A stretch of DNA of 64,000 nt. Origin: Amoebophrya sp. A120. Taxonomy: Eukaryota; Protista; Dinoflagellata. Positions 11,201-23,200 of the stretch are shown piece after piece. A model generated the notes under the pieces. It was not told the DNA's origin. It did no database searches and saw nothing but the letters and a program-made list of their open reading frames with translations. Numbering within the stretch: position 1 is the first letter of the stretch; the number at the start of each line of letters is the position of its first letter. Made by a program: the position numbers and the translations under genes. The stretch spans positions 11,624,177 to 11,688,176 of the forward strand of contig CAJINV010000004.1 of the NCBI GenBank assembly GCA_905178155.1, given 5' to 3'.

Positions 11201-14200
11201 TCAAACACGGCGAGGTGGTTATCAAAAGGAAAAATCCCCCCACCCCATATCGAAATGGAAATCTGTGATGCGGGATTTGTGTACACAAATCGGGTCTGTC
11301 TTGCAGTAGAGGACTGCAGACAGATACAGAGCCGGACTAGGGCTGTTTTGGCGTAGGCGCCTAGCAAGGTAGGGACATTCTCTGCAGGCCAGACAGCATC
11401 ACAAATTGCCTGCAGAACGCGGCGGGGTTTTTTCTTTGTCTTCTTGCAATACAGAGACGATTTGTGACCTCAAATCAGCATCACAAATTTTGAGAAGTGT
11501 CCCGCTCTGGTATGGGGAGGGGGGATTTTTCCTCACAATAGTGGTGCCGAGTGTTTCTTTCTGCATCGACATGCGCAGCTTTCAGTTCGTCTTTCCCGGC
11601 TCCGCCCGGATCTTCACCTTTTTCTCGGGATTCCTCCTTGACTTTCACCTTCATTTTTGCCTGATCTACTACATCATGATCGCGTCGAAAGACGTGCCTA
11701 TGGGAGAAAAAAAGTGCAGTTTGTTCACTGTGATGGTTTGGCAAAACTCTTCGCGCAACAAATTTGTTCCGCACACACCCGGTCTGCGGTGCATGGTTCC
11801 TACGGGAGGAGATGAACACCGGTTGGAATAAGGAAGTATCCGCTGTTGCATTTCTACTTAGCACGACAGAACGTTGTGCGCTATAGTCAACTGTGCATGA
11901 CGCGTTCAATACAGTGACAGCTTTTTTTCTTGCGATAATGCAGACGGAATCGCATCCCCTTCTGCTTCGTCGCGTAGTAGGGTGGTTTCCGCGGGTATCC
12001 CAGGAAAACAGTGATACAATTACGCATGGCATTGCCGAACAAGCAACACCGACAAGCTCTCTCATGCGGGAAGGAAATGCTCCGGAAAAATTTGGTTTCA
12101 TGCATGACAAGTGCTTTCTTTCGCTTTCCCTTTCGATTTTCGCATTGCAACTTTTTCGTTCTCATGTAGAGCTTTTTGTTGCTGAGTTTGAAATTCTTGT
12201 AACAAGTATGTAGCACTTCTTTCTTTGGATAGCGGGTGGTAGAAATCCACCCCGGGGGAAGGCAAAATCTCGCAGTCAACGCGGAAGTTCGGGTGAGCTC
12301 GATGCAGTTGCAGTTTTCTCATCGTGTTCGTGACAAGGGTTTCCGTGTGTGCAATATGCCTCGAGGAATCTTCGCTTCCTTCTCCCGACTTTGCGCTCGA
12401 GGTTGTCCTACTTGTCGCATCGGCTGCATCTATTTTGCCTTTACTTTCGGCTGCCCTGTTGATACCGACAAAGTTCGCCGCTTCGGCACGCCTGTCAGCT
12501 TCTGCAGCACGCTCGGTTCTTGCGCTGTCGTCTTCAACAACCGCGGACGACGTATCATCTGGCCGAGCTGGTTTCACTACGTCTGTGCTTGTTGAAGTAG
12601 ATGATCGCTCTGCATTAATAATTCTTTCTTGTTCATTTGTTAGTTCAACCGCCGCGTTCTGGTTGTTTTCTTTCTGGGTTGTAGTTGTTTGAGCCTCTAC
12701 TTCTACTTCTACATCTCGTCGGCCGTGATCAACATTCTTTTGCCGTGCGACTGGCGGCGACGGCGTTTTTTGTCGAAATTTTGCGAAGTACGGATAGAAG
12801 TGGAAATTCTGGCACACGGCGACCGGGTCCCGCGGGTCGCCGTCCTGGCCAATGAAGATCAAATCTCCGGCATCAAAGTGAAAAATCCCCCCACCCCATA
12901 CTCAAACTAGAAATTTGTGATGCAGATTTGTGGCCACAAATCAGCTTTGTCACGCTAGAAGGGAAAAGATGCGGACTGTAGTGCTGGTTGGCGTGGGAAA
13001 GCCTTGCATCTTCAGCATGACAGGGAACAGCTGGAAGTGGGAAACAGCATGACCAATTGCCTGCAACCGAGGCCACAGCTGCGTCTCTTGGCCTTCTAGC
13101 ATTACAAGTCGATTTGTGATTGTGTACTCAAATACAGCATCACAAATTTCGTTTTCGATATGGGGAGGGGGGATTTTTCCTTTTGATATCCGGCGCGCTT
13201 CTTCAGCCAGGAAGTCCGGGGTCCGTCGATCTCCGCGGCAGCCCACTGCTCAAGCAGGGCTGTAGCGGTACGTCGGCTGGAGGACGGTTGTTCAGAGGTC
13301 GCGGCACTGGTGCTCGACGTGCTGCTGGTGCTGCTGGCGTGAGGTTCCTTTATATGTTCGCTCTCTATTAACAGTTGGCGAAGAGTGTCTTCTAATGACC
13401 TTCTTTCCACATTATTCTTCACCGAGGGGATACTAGTTTTACTTGATGTAGTAGTTCCTGGAGGTGGTGTAGTCTGCGTTCGTGCGCCATGGATTGTAAA
13501 AATGTCTGGGTCTGGAAGATAACAGATTTTTGTCATGGTCTTTTTGCATGACACAGAAGGTCTGCCATGGAAGGCCTAGCATCGCAGATTTCGAGAACGT
13601 TCCGCAATGCTTAATCCGCATGACAATCCCCCCTGTTTGGTGACAGAAAATGGGAGCCTTTTGCTGCCTATGCAGGAGAGATTTTCGCGTATTGTGGAAT
13701 TCGCATGACAAATTCGGATCCTTCCAGACCCAGACATTTTTGCATTCCATATGCGCTTTGATCTGCAAGAAGCACGTCCTCTGAAGACATAAAGTCAACG
13801 GGGGCTGGTGAAGATGAACTTTCGTTGCTCAGGTCGGCCAGGTTGGAGTATCCTAGAGAAAAGCAGTACGCCCATACGTACCAGAAAATTTATGAAATAA
13901 ATTTAATTCGTGTTGCTGAAATCATGCCACTAAACACCCAACGGTATTGCAAAAATTATGTGGACACCCGCAAACTAGTGCTTTTCATCTGTGACGCGGC
14001 ATTCAGTTTTCAATGCTAGTGTAGCGACTGCAACCGAGAAGGTGTCATAAGAGGTTTGTCATGTCAGAAACCGCAACACACACACACACACACACTTTTT
14101 CTTTTCTGCTATGGGAATGTACTTTTCTGTAGGTTGATATGGAAGCGAGCTCGGCCAGCGGAAGCAGCGTCAGGTACAGGTGTTTCCGTAGCAGTGCATG

Positions 14201-17200
14201 TGGCGGTGACCACCCCGCTCGAGCAGCAGCAGCAAACGCAGGCTCAGCGCCAACGTAGAAGTTGCGGAAAGGCGGGGGATGAAAATGGTCGACTTGATGT
14301 TCCCTGCTCGGGCGCTGGTGGTTCTTTTTGCTGTGAAGAAGAAGATCCACCTGCAGTGCGCTGCCCTCAAGCAGTTGCCCGATCCGCGGAAGCTCTTTGA
14401 AGAGAAACGGCGCCAGCACAAGCCCGATATGCATTGCAAATATCTACTCTGGGTCCGGATTCGTGATGTGAAAATTCAAGGACAAGTAGAATGTCAATGA
14501 ATACGACTGACGACTTTTCTAAACATGCCAGTTGGTCATGCGAAATTATATGCTAGAACAAGAACTCGACATAAGATCCAAAAAATTCTTGCACATTTTG
14601 ATGCCGTTGCCGTCGTACATTGTACCTTTGTATTTGTGTTGTCATGCAAGATTCAGCATGTTGCTGTTGGCGAGTCGCAGCGCCTATCCAGAGCCAGATC
14701 GATACAACTTTGTTCGCGATTGATATCCGAGAGACAGAAACAAGAGACTCACGAGAGTCGGGAGCAACGAATGCTGGATGGCCACGGATAATTTTCCTTG
14801 TTCCTCCTTATCTTCTTCTTCTCCCCCCGGTCCTTCCGTGGTACTTCTAAAATCGAAACTCATTACGTGCTCCAGCATCCAGGCCTCAAGGTGGGTCAAC
14901 TCTTTCGAGGTTTGTAGCCGGTGAAAAAATTGGGCATGGGGTATAATTGTCCCTGGAATTATAGCTGCTACTTCATCTAGAGTGGAGGTCCTTCTTGTTC
15001 TATGATCCGAAGAAAGCGAAAGGGTAGTAGTGGGTTTATTCCCCACCGTGTTGGTTCTTTTCCTGTACGCCGCTGCAACATTTTCTCCTTCAAGATCCTT
15101 GGTCGACGTACCGCCCATGCCTAGTAAGAGAAAGGAACTACTGGCACCAGCACCAAGTGCTTTTTCGTTGTCGAGGAGTTGCTGCACCACCTGGGTTTCC
15201 TCTTTCTCCGGAGGTTCTTGTGCGCGCGCACTGGAGGTAGTTTGACTTCCATCTCCAAACACCTTTCGCCACAGGCTCTGGCGCACGGAGGTCAGCCCGT
15301 CGGACACTCGCTTTTTTGCTCTTCGAAACCTTCCCCGCAGGGAACCGTCGACCTCTATCCTGAGTAAAAACGTTCCCATACCAAAGTCAGGATGGAAAAT
15401 CTGCTAGACAAATCAGGCAACTTTGGGTGTTTCGCATGACAAGTTTGTCCTCGTAGTGTGATCCTATTTAGCTAGTTCAGCAGCATCACAGATCTAGCAT
15501 ATGATGCTGTTTATAGCATCACAAATCCCAAAAGACCACTAAAAAATGCTTCTCATGTGGCTTCGCATGAGCAACTTTTTTGGCATGCAGATTTGCATGA
15601 CAGCTCTGGGGTGGGGATGTTTTTACTCAGAATAACCTCTTCCACTTCCTCTTCTGCATCCTCTCCGCCAACCCAGTCCTTCTTTTCGCCCGCACTATGC
15701 ATTGGGCATATGTCTCCTAGGTCTGGAGATTTGATGTGATGCTGAACTGTGGACGATGAGAAAAGCACTTCCGGACGCAGCTAAGCCTAAGCATGACAAA
15801 TTTTGTCATAAGCAATCCGCATGCGAAACTGCGTTTTTGTATGACAAGAGAGGCTGCGACTTTTGTTGGTCATGGAACACCAGAGATTTGACACGAATGT
15901 AAGACCAGCATCTTCGTTCACATTCACAAATTCCGACTTTATTCCAGACCCAGACACATTTGCAACGCATACGCACCATAGGGGTCGTTGTATTCCTGCT
16001 CAACAGGAGCTCGCTCATCTTGTATACCCACCGAACGACTAGGTGTGCTGCCGCCGCTGATGTCATTTTTTCGTTCCGTGTTCTTGTTTCTCCGTTCGGT
16101 GGTACTGGTTCTTCTTTCTGCTCTCGCGTCCTCAGGTGCAGCGTCAAGAACATCTTCTCTGTTGACAATGCTCTTAACATCGCCATTTTTCTTGTCCTGC
16201 TCAAGAACTTGTCGTTGTTCCACTGTGCTGTAGTCTTTATCACCTGTCGTTGCCGTCGGATTCCCTTCCCCCTTGTCAGCAGCAGGTCGAAAAACATTCT
16301 CTTTTTCGGATTCTCTTTTGATGTTCCCCTGTTCGTCATACGAGTCCGCGATCGGCTCCAGGATGCTCTGGTTTTTTGCGTTGAGCTTTGCGTCCTGCTG
16401 TAGCAAGACGGCTGTCACGTCGGCAATGGCTTCCACCGTTTCCTCCAGCGCTTTTTTTTGCTGCTCTCGGGAAAGTTGCGGCACTGGCGTTTCCTCGGAC
16501 TCGGTCACGTTCCGGAAGGTGCGCCGGAGGCTCCGCAAAGCCTCGCGCCGTCCTTTGTTGTCCTGCATGAAGGGCTCCAGGTCCTCTTGGCTCAGCTTGC
16601 TGCCCGCGTGCGCGAAGCAGCTCCAAATGAAACAGGTATCGTGGGTATCCTGAGGAAAAACGTGGCCCACACGACCCCAGCGTTGTCATGCAGTGACTTG
16701 CATAAAGGCAAAGATCTGTAACGCACATCCGCATCAGTGGAAGTTTTATTCGTGCTGGTGTTCTGGGATTTGCAATGCTGCAAACAGGTGGATATACAAG
16801 CAGGCGTCTTTGTGACGCGACTGTTCGGCTTCCCGTGGTAAGTACCAGCACTACAGTGCAGTTGGAAAATCATCATGCATAAATTCCAAAACTTGCAGAT
16901 TTGTGTTGCAGATTTACCAAGTTGACGCTGGGGAAAAGGGACGTTTTTACACAGGATAGCGGGTGGCCGACATGCGGTTATTCCACCAGTTGTTAATGTA
17001 CGAGCCTTATCCTGTGCAAATGCCAATGCGTCTGGGTCTGAAGGGTCTTTAAACTTTGAAAAAAGACTTTTCTCCTTTGATATCACATGATATCACGTGA
17101 TATCAAAGAAGAAAAGGAGAAAAGTCGATTGTGCTGTTGATATCACAGCACGCGTGATATGTAGAAAAATGCAAAAACAGAAGGAATTGATGCAAAAACA

Positions 17201-20200
17201 GAAGGAATCGATGCTAAGACAGAAGGAATTGATGCTAAAACAGAAGGAATTGATGCTAAAGCAGAAGGATTTGATGCTAAAGCAGAAGGATTTGATGCCA
17301 AAGCAGAAGGATTTGATGCTAAAACGGAAAGATTTGAAGCAAAAACAGAAGGACTTGGACCAGGAGCTGCTCGCTCTGGTATCAATCCAGCGGACTTTTC
17401 TCCTTTGCAAGGAGAAAAGTCCGGACTTTTCTCCTTTGATCCATATCAAAGGAGAAAAGTCGTCTGATCCATATCAAAGGAGAAAAGTCCGACATCGCGG
17501 ACCCTCTGATCCATATCAAAGGAGAAACCCCGATACTTATCACAGACCCTATCCCACCCAAACCTTAGCCACCGAGCTCGTCTCCGCTCTGTTTCGCAGT
17601 GAAGATCAGAAGGAGCTTGCCTCCACTACGTGTTGACGCGGAGATCAGCGGCCGGCTCCTAAGGAAGAGATTTCCTATAAAGAAACGCGGAAAGCCCAGG
17701 GGCGAGCGATTTCCTAAAAGAAATCATGCGGAAAACCCGGACGAAGCGATTTCCCAAAGGAAATCATGCGGAAAGCCCAGGAGAAGGGATGTCCCAAAGA
17801 AAATCACGCGGAAAGCCCAGGAGAAGGGATTTCCCAAAAGAAATCACGTGGAAAGCCCAGGAAAGGCGATTGCCCAAAGGAAATCATGTGGAAAGCCCAG
17901 GAGAAGGGATTTCGCAAAGGAAGTCATGCGAAAAACCCAGGAGAAGGGAACTCCCAAAGGAAATCACGCGGAAAGCCCAGAAGAAGGGATGTCCCCTTCT
18001 GAAGGAAATCTCGAGAGGCCCCGACTGCCTAAGTAAGATGTTTGGAAAAGGGGGCTTCTTATAGAGAAAACGAGGGGCGAATGCGTTCAGGCCGACATGC
18101 GGTTATTCCACCAGTTGTTAATGTACGAGCCTTATCCTGTGCAAATGCGTCTGGGTCTGGAATGTTGTAACGCTAAAAGTGCATGATGTCGTGCTCACTG
18201 CAATTATGCGCAGCCAAGCATGACCAATTTTTGACAAGCTATGTGTTGCGTATGCCGCATGACAAAGTGCGTTTTTACATGACAGCGAAGTTCTTGTGGG
18301 CCGCCTTTTCGTGCCCATGCGTGACAGAGTCCTCTCGAGTCATGTCAGATAGAAATGCATGCAAGTCTTGATTATATCTGCCCGATCCAGTAGACATAGT
18401 GCTTGCACTGCATAAGTTTTTGCAGTCGACCGCGTGCGTCGCCGCCGCGCCCTTGTAGTCTTCGTAGATTTCGCCGTACGCCAGGTCGGAGGTCCCGCGC
18501 CGGCGCGCGGAACCAGGGCTGGTCTTGTGGACAGGTTTGGGGCTTTTCCGGGCCCAGGTGTAGTCGCCCCAAAAGTTGTGGTTGCGCACTTGGCTGCTGA
18601 ACATGTTCTGCGTGCGGTGGCAGCTGTGTTGATACTCGTTTTCCGTGGTGTGGCGGTGCAGGTTCTCGTCCTTGGACCCGACCAGGGCTCCCGGCGCCGC
18701 CTCCGTGGTGGGGCGGGCCCACGCGGAAATTTTGAACCGGGAGCAGGGCGTGCGGCGGTCCGCGTCCAGCACATGGTACGCGGTGCAGTCCGGTGGCAGC
18801 ACGAATCCCTTGGGATTATTCAGCTCCGACCGGGACAGCCACCTGACAGTGTGGGTTTGTTTCCAGGGATCATAAATCAGGCAGTGGCTATATCATTTGT
18901 AAAAACGTCCCCACCCCAGAGTTGTCATGCAGATTTGCACTGACAGGAACATTTGTAATGCGCATCACCATGATGAGAGGAATTTCTAGTCGTGTTGTGG
19001 CATTTGTAATGCTGTAACCAGGATCAGCAGATGGATTTGTAATGCGTTTTCCCTTGCTAAGCTGCACTACACTACGGACGGCAACTTGTGATGCATGAGT
19101 CCCAAAACTTCTAGGTTTGTGTTGCAAAATCCCCAACATCTTGACTATGGGGAGTGGGCCCCGTTTTTACTCAGGATAGGGTAAGCAGAGGCAAATGTTG
19201 TCCGTGGTTTTTTTTCATCCGCTTTGCGGCGTCGTAGGCCCGCGTGATGCCCGAGCTAATGCCTTTTCCAGCGGCGTCGTAGGCCCGAGTAAGCCCTGAG
19301 GTGATCATTGCACCTCCTCCCGAAGTCGTGTTTTTCAGAGTTGCAACTAACTCTTTAAGCTTTTCGGATTTTCCACCCTGCTCCACGACCTGTGTTTCCT
19401 TGTTGCTTATCCGGCGGCCTGCTTCGGGAGATTTTTTTCCGTCAGAGGTGGAGGCGCGAGCAGGACGACCAGGCGTGCTTCCAGAAAAAGTTTCACCAAC
19501 TCCAGAAGTACCACCCTCTTCGTCGCTCCTTCCGGGCAGTCCTCTGAGACTGTAGGCGTCCTCCTCGTCCAGCACAATTCTCTCGTCTGCATCTCCAACT
19601 TCTGTTGACTCCACCACCGCACCAGCTTCCGCCCGGTCGTTTTTTTCTTGCTCTTCTTGAAGAATCATCTGCTCCCCTTCCTCGCGCTTGGCCATCAAGA
19701 CTTCAATAGGGTCCGATTGACAACGCTCCAACATATCCACCTCGAATGGGGCCTCCGGAAAATCGTCGATAACCTCACCTTTCTCGTTCCCAGCAGTTGA
19801 AGACGTGGCCCCGGCTATCCTGGGTAAAAACGTCCCCACACCATCGTTGTCATGCCGATTTGCCATGACAGGAACATTTGTGATGCGCAACCCCATGACA
19901 GGCATTTTCAATCGTGTTTGGGAACTCGTAATGCTGTAAACAGGATCAGAAGGTCGATTTGTGACGCGGCTTTCCTTGCTAACTTGCACTACCTTACGGA
20001 CTGAAACTTGTCATGCGTGACTCACAAAACTCCTAGGTTTGTGTTGCAAAATCCCCATCCTGACTCTGGTGTGGGGACGTTTTTACTCAGGATACCGGCC
20101 GGGGGCAAGGCGGAAAAAATGACGTTGTAGTCTTCCCACATCGTGTCAAAAAAGCGGTGGATCCACGTGGAGGGTCGCCACCGCTTCTGCACCAGCACGC

Positions 20201-23200
20201 GAAATCGCAGCCCGGCCTGCCGTATCAAGTGCAAAAATGTCTGGGTCTGGAAGAATGCAACTTGTCATGCTAAATCTGAAGCATGCATAAATCTGTGTTG
20301 CACGATTACCAAAAGTCGTCCAGTTTTTACCAAGTCGGGAGGGTGTTTCTCATGCAGGATATGCATGAGAGAGATCGCACAGAATCTGTCATGCTAGGTC
20401 CTGCATCACAGACCTCATGGGTCACGGTCACGGAAAGTCTGCATGACAAACTTCTGCACTCTTCCAGACCCAGACATTTTTGCATTTGATATGCCGCACG
20501 GCGTAGGGGGGCGGTTTGCCGTTGCGGTACCAGTGCTTGGGGCCGGGTATTGAAAGGAAAAATCCCCCCTCTCCATATTGAAAAGGTATGTCGCCGAAAA
20601 TTTGCGTTGCTGATTTTAGGCCACAGGTCGCATTTGTCTTGCACGAAGACAGGGGCAGAAGCTTCCGCCGCATTATGGAGGCGATTTGTCACGCTGTTGG
20701 GCCTAAGGGGGAGCCGTTTGCCATGCTGAACAACTAGACCCATACGCCCCTACCTAGCCTGGGGATCTGGCCGCAGTGCCTCTCTGCATTACAAAGCTGA
20801 TTTGTGTACACAAATCCAGCATCAGAAATCCTGTTTTGATATGGGGAGGGGGGATTTTTCCTTTCGATACCGGGCGCAAGCACTTCGCAGTCGAGCCGCC
20901 ACTTCCGGTAATCGTTGGTTTCGAGCAGCCGCTCGTACAGTTGAAAGTGGATGTATTACGGTGAAAAATGCCCCCCACCCCGGAAATTGCAAAAATTTGT
21001 GATGCGAAGTTTCCAAATGAAAACTTTTTGTTCTAGTCGTGTATCGCATCCTCGCTTGCATGACAAGCGCCGCTCTTGCTGGGGTCTTTTGCAATACAGA
21101 TTTTTGCTATTCACCATTGGAAACCTGTGGCGCTGATAGATGCAAGAGGGCGAGTGTTTCATTATTTGGAAAGGTTTGCAATACAAATGCTCCCAAGTTC
21201 GGGGGTGGGGGCATTTTTCATTTTGATAGGATGCAGAACGCGACCGGGTGCCGGGGGTCCCCGTCCTGCCCGATCAGAAGCACGTCTTTCTTCTGCGCCG
21301 CGCGTTGGCGCGAGAAGTCCGTGGCCAAAACGTGGGACTTGTACTTGCGCACCGCGCGCTGGTTTTCCGCTCGGGTGTATCACACAGAAAAAAGCTCTAA
21401 GGGCATATTTTTATTTGTAATGCAAAAATAAATACACAAAAAAATCTGCATTGCATATCCGAAACAGCATGCTATGGGGCCACCCATGACAAGTTTTTCT
21501 GTGTATTTATTTTTGCATTACAAATATGCCCTGCCAGCTTTTTTCTCTGGGATAGGGTGAGCTGCTTATTCGGCCGCGAGTTGTCGTCGGGGTTGTACTA
21601 TCAAATGCAAAAGTGTCTGGGTCCGGAAAAATACAAACTTGTGACGCGCATTTCAGAACACAGAAAAATTTCTCATGCATGGGCAGCAAAAGCTGCCCGC
21701 TTTCTGCCACCAAAGTGGGGGACTTGTCATGCAGATTCGGCATTGCGGAAGCTTCTGGAAACCTGTCATGCTAGAGCTTCCATGCCAGACCTTCTGTGTC
21801 ATGTAAAAACAGCATGACTCTTCCAGACCCAGACATTTTTACAGTTGATATGTACACATTCAGCAGGCGGAGCCTCGCGAACTCGGCCACGGAGCTGAAG
21901 CCGAGGTCCTTGGTCGAGGGCAAGTGGCGGTGCATATCACAAGGAAAAATCCCCCCTCCCCATATCGAAAGGGAGTTTCTGATGCTGGATTTGCGTATAC
22001 AAATCAGGTCTGTCTTGCAGTAGAGGACCGCAGGCTCCTACCAAGCCTGAATAGAAGCGAGCTTTTGGCCTAGGTGCTTAGCATGAGAAACGTCTATGCT
22101 GTAGGCCCAACAGCATCACAAACCGCCTGCATAATGCGGCAGAGCCTTCGGAGTTGTCTTCTTGCAAGACAGACGTGATTTGTGGTCTCAAATCAGCAAT
22201 ACAAATTTTCGGAAACATACCTTTTCGATATGGGGAGGGGGGATTTTTCCTCTCAATAGTGCATCAGGTCCACGATGCGGGCCTCGAGGGTCCGCACAAA
22301 TTGGGGCAGTTGCAGGGTTATCAAATGTAAAAATGTCTGGGTCTGGAAGATTGCCAGGGTTGTCATGCACATTTTGCATGACTCCTGATGTCTGTGATGC
22401 ATGCCCTAGCATCACAGATTTTGTGAGGGCTTCCTGATGCCTATACCGCATGACAAATGCTCTTTCCGTGTAGCGAAACTTGGAGTCTCTTTCCTGCTCA
22501 TGCAATACAGATTTTTTTAGAATCCAAAATCAGCATGACAATTTGGATTCTTCCAGACCCAGACATTTTTACAGTTGATAAGGCTGGTGTTGCGGTAGTC
22601 GTGAAGGGGCAGCAAGCTGAGGTACACGTGCTTCCGCAGCAGCGGGTGGGGCAACCAGTTCTCCGCATTTTCGGCGGCCTCGTACTCTATCCATTGCAAG
22701 TATGTCTGGGTCCGGGAGATTGACTTGTCATGCTCTGCTGAAAGGAGAAAATAAAAGATCTGTCATGCATGTTGCGCTACCACGCTGTTGCGCTACCGGG
22801 CTGTTTTAATGTACTTAACGCAAAACGCAGCCGCTCATGCAGTTTACGCAAGACCTAGTCGCTCGGAAACTTGTCATGCGCGTCCCCATATTGGAGGTTG
22901 CTTACGATTCGCAAGCTAGCATCACAACTTTCCAGACCCAGACATGTTTGCAAGGCATATACTCCAAGTGCGAGCGATACTTCTTTAACGCCTTGTGGAC
23001 AAACTCTTTGTATCCAATGCAAATATGTCTGGGCCTGGGAGATTGCGAGATTTGTCATGCTAGTCTGGCATGACTCTAAACTCTGTATTGCGTGGCCGCG
23101 CAGGGCTCCTCTCGCATGCAAAAACGCAGTTTCTCATGCGGGGTACGCAACTCTGAACCAGGGAAAAACTTGTCATGCTTGGCAGCGCATTACAGCGTAG

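Larger units (their letters stand above)
17041..18089. mobile_element. 1.05-kb repeat-rich insert flanked by a ~70-bp duplication
   Basis: 16965-17040 is duplicated at 18090-18159; internal palindromes and tandem arrays. Confidence 0.7.

Noticed and set aside
17097-17636. 179-aa coiled-coil ORF on the plus strand
   Set aside because: It is open mainly because of a stop-free 21-bp repeat, starts at GTG and lies within an insert.
17665-17995. Possible CRISPR-like array
   Set aside because: The units are contiguous tandem repeats without unique spacers, there are no cas genes, and the context is eukaryotic.
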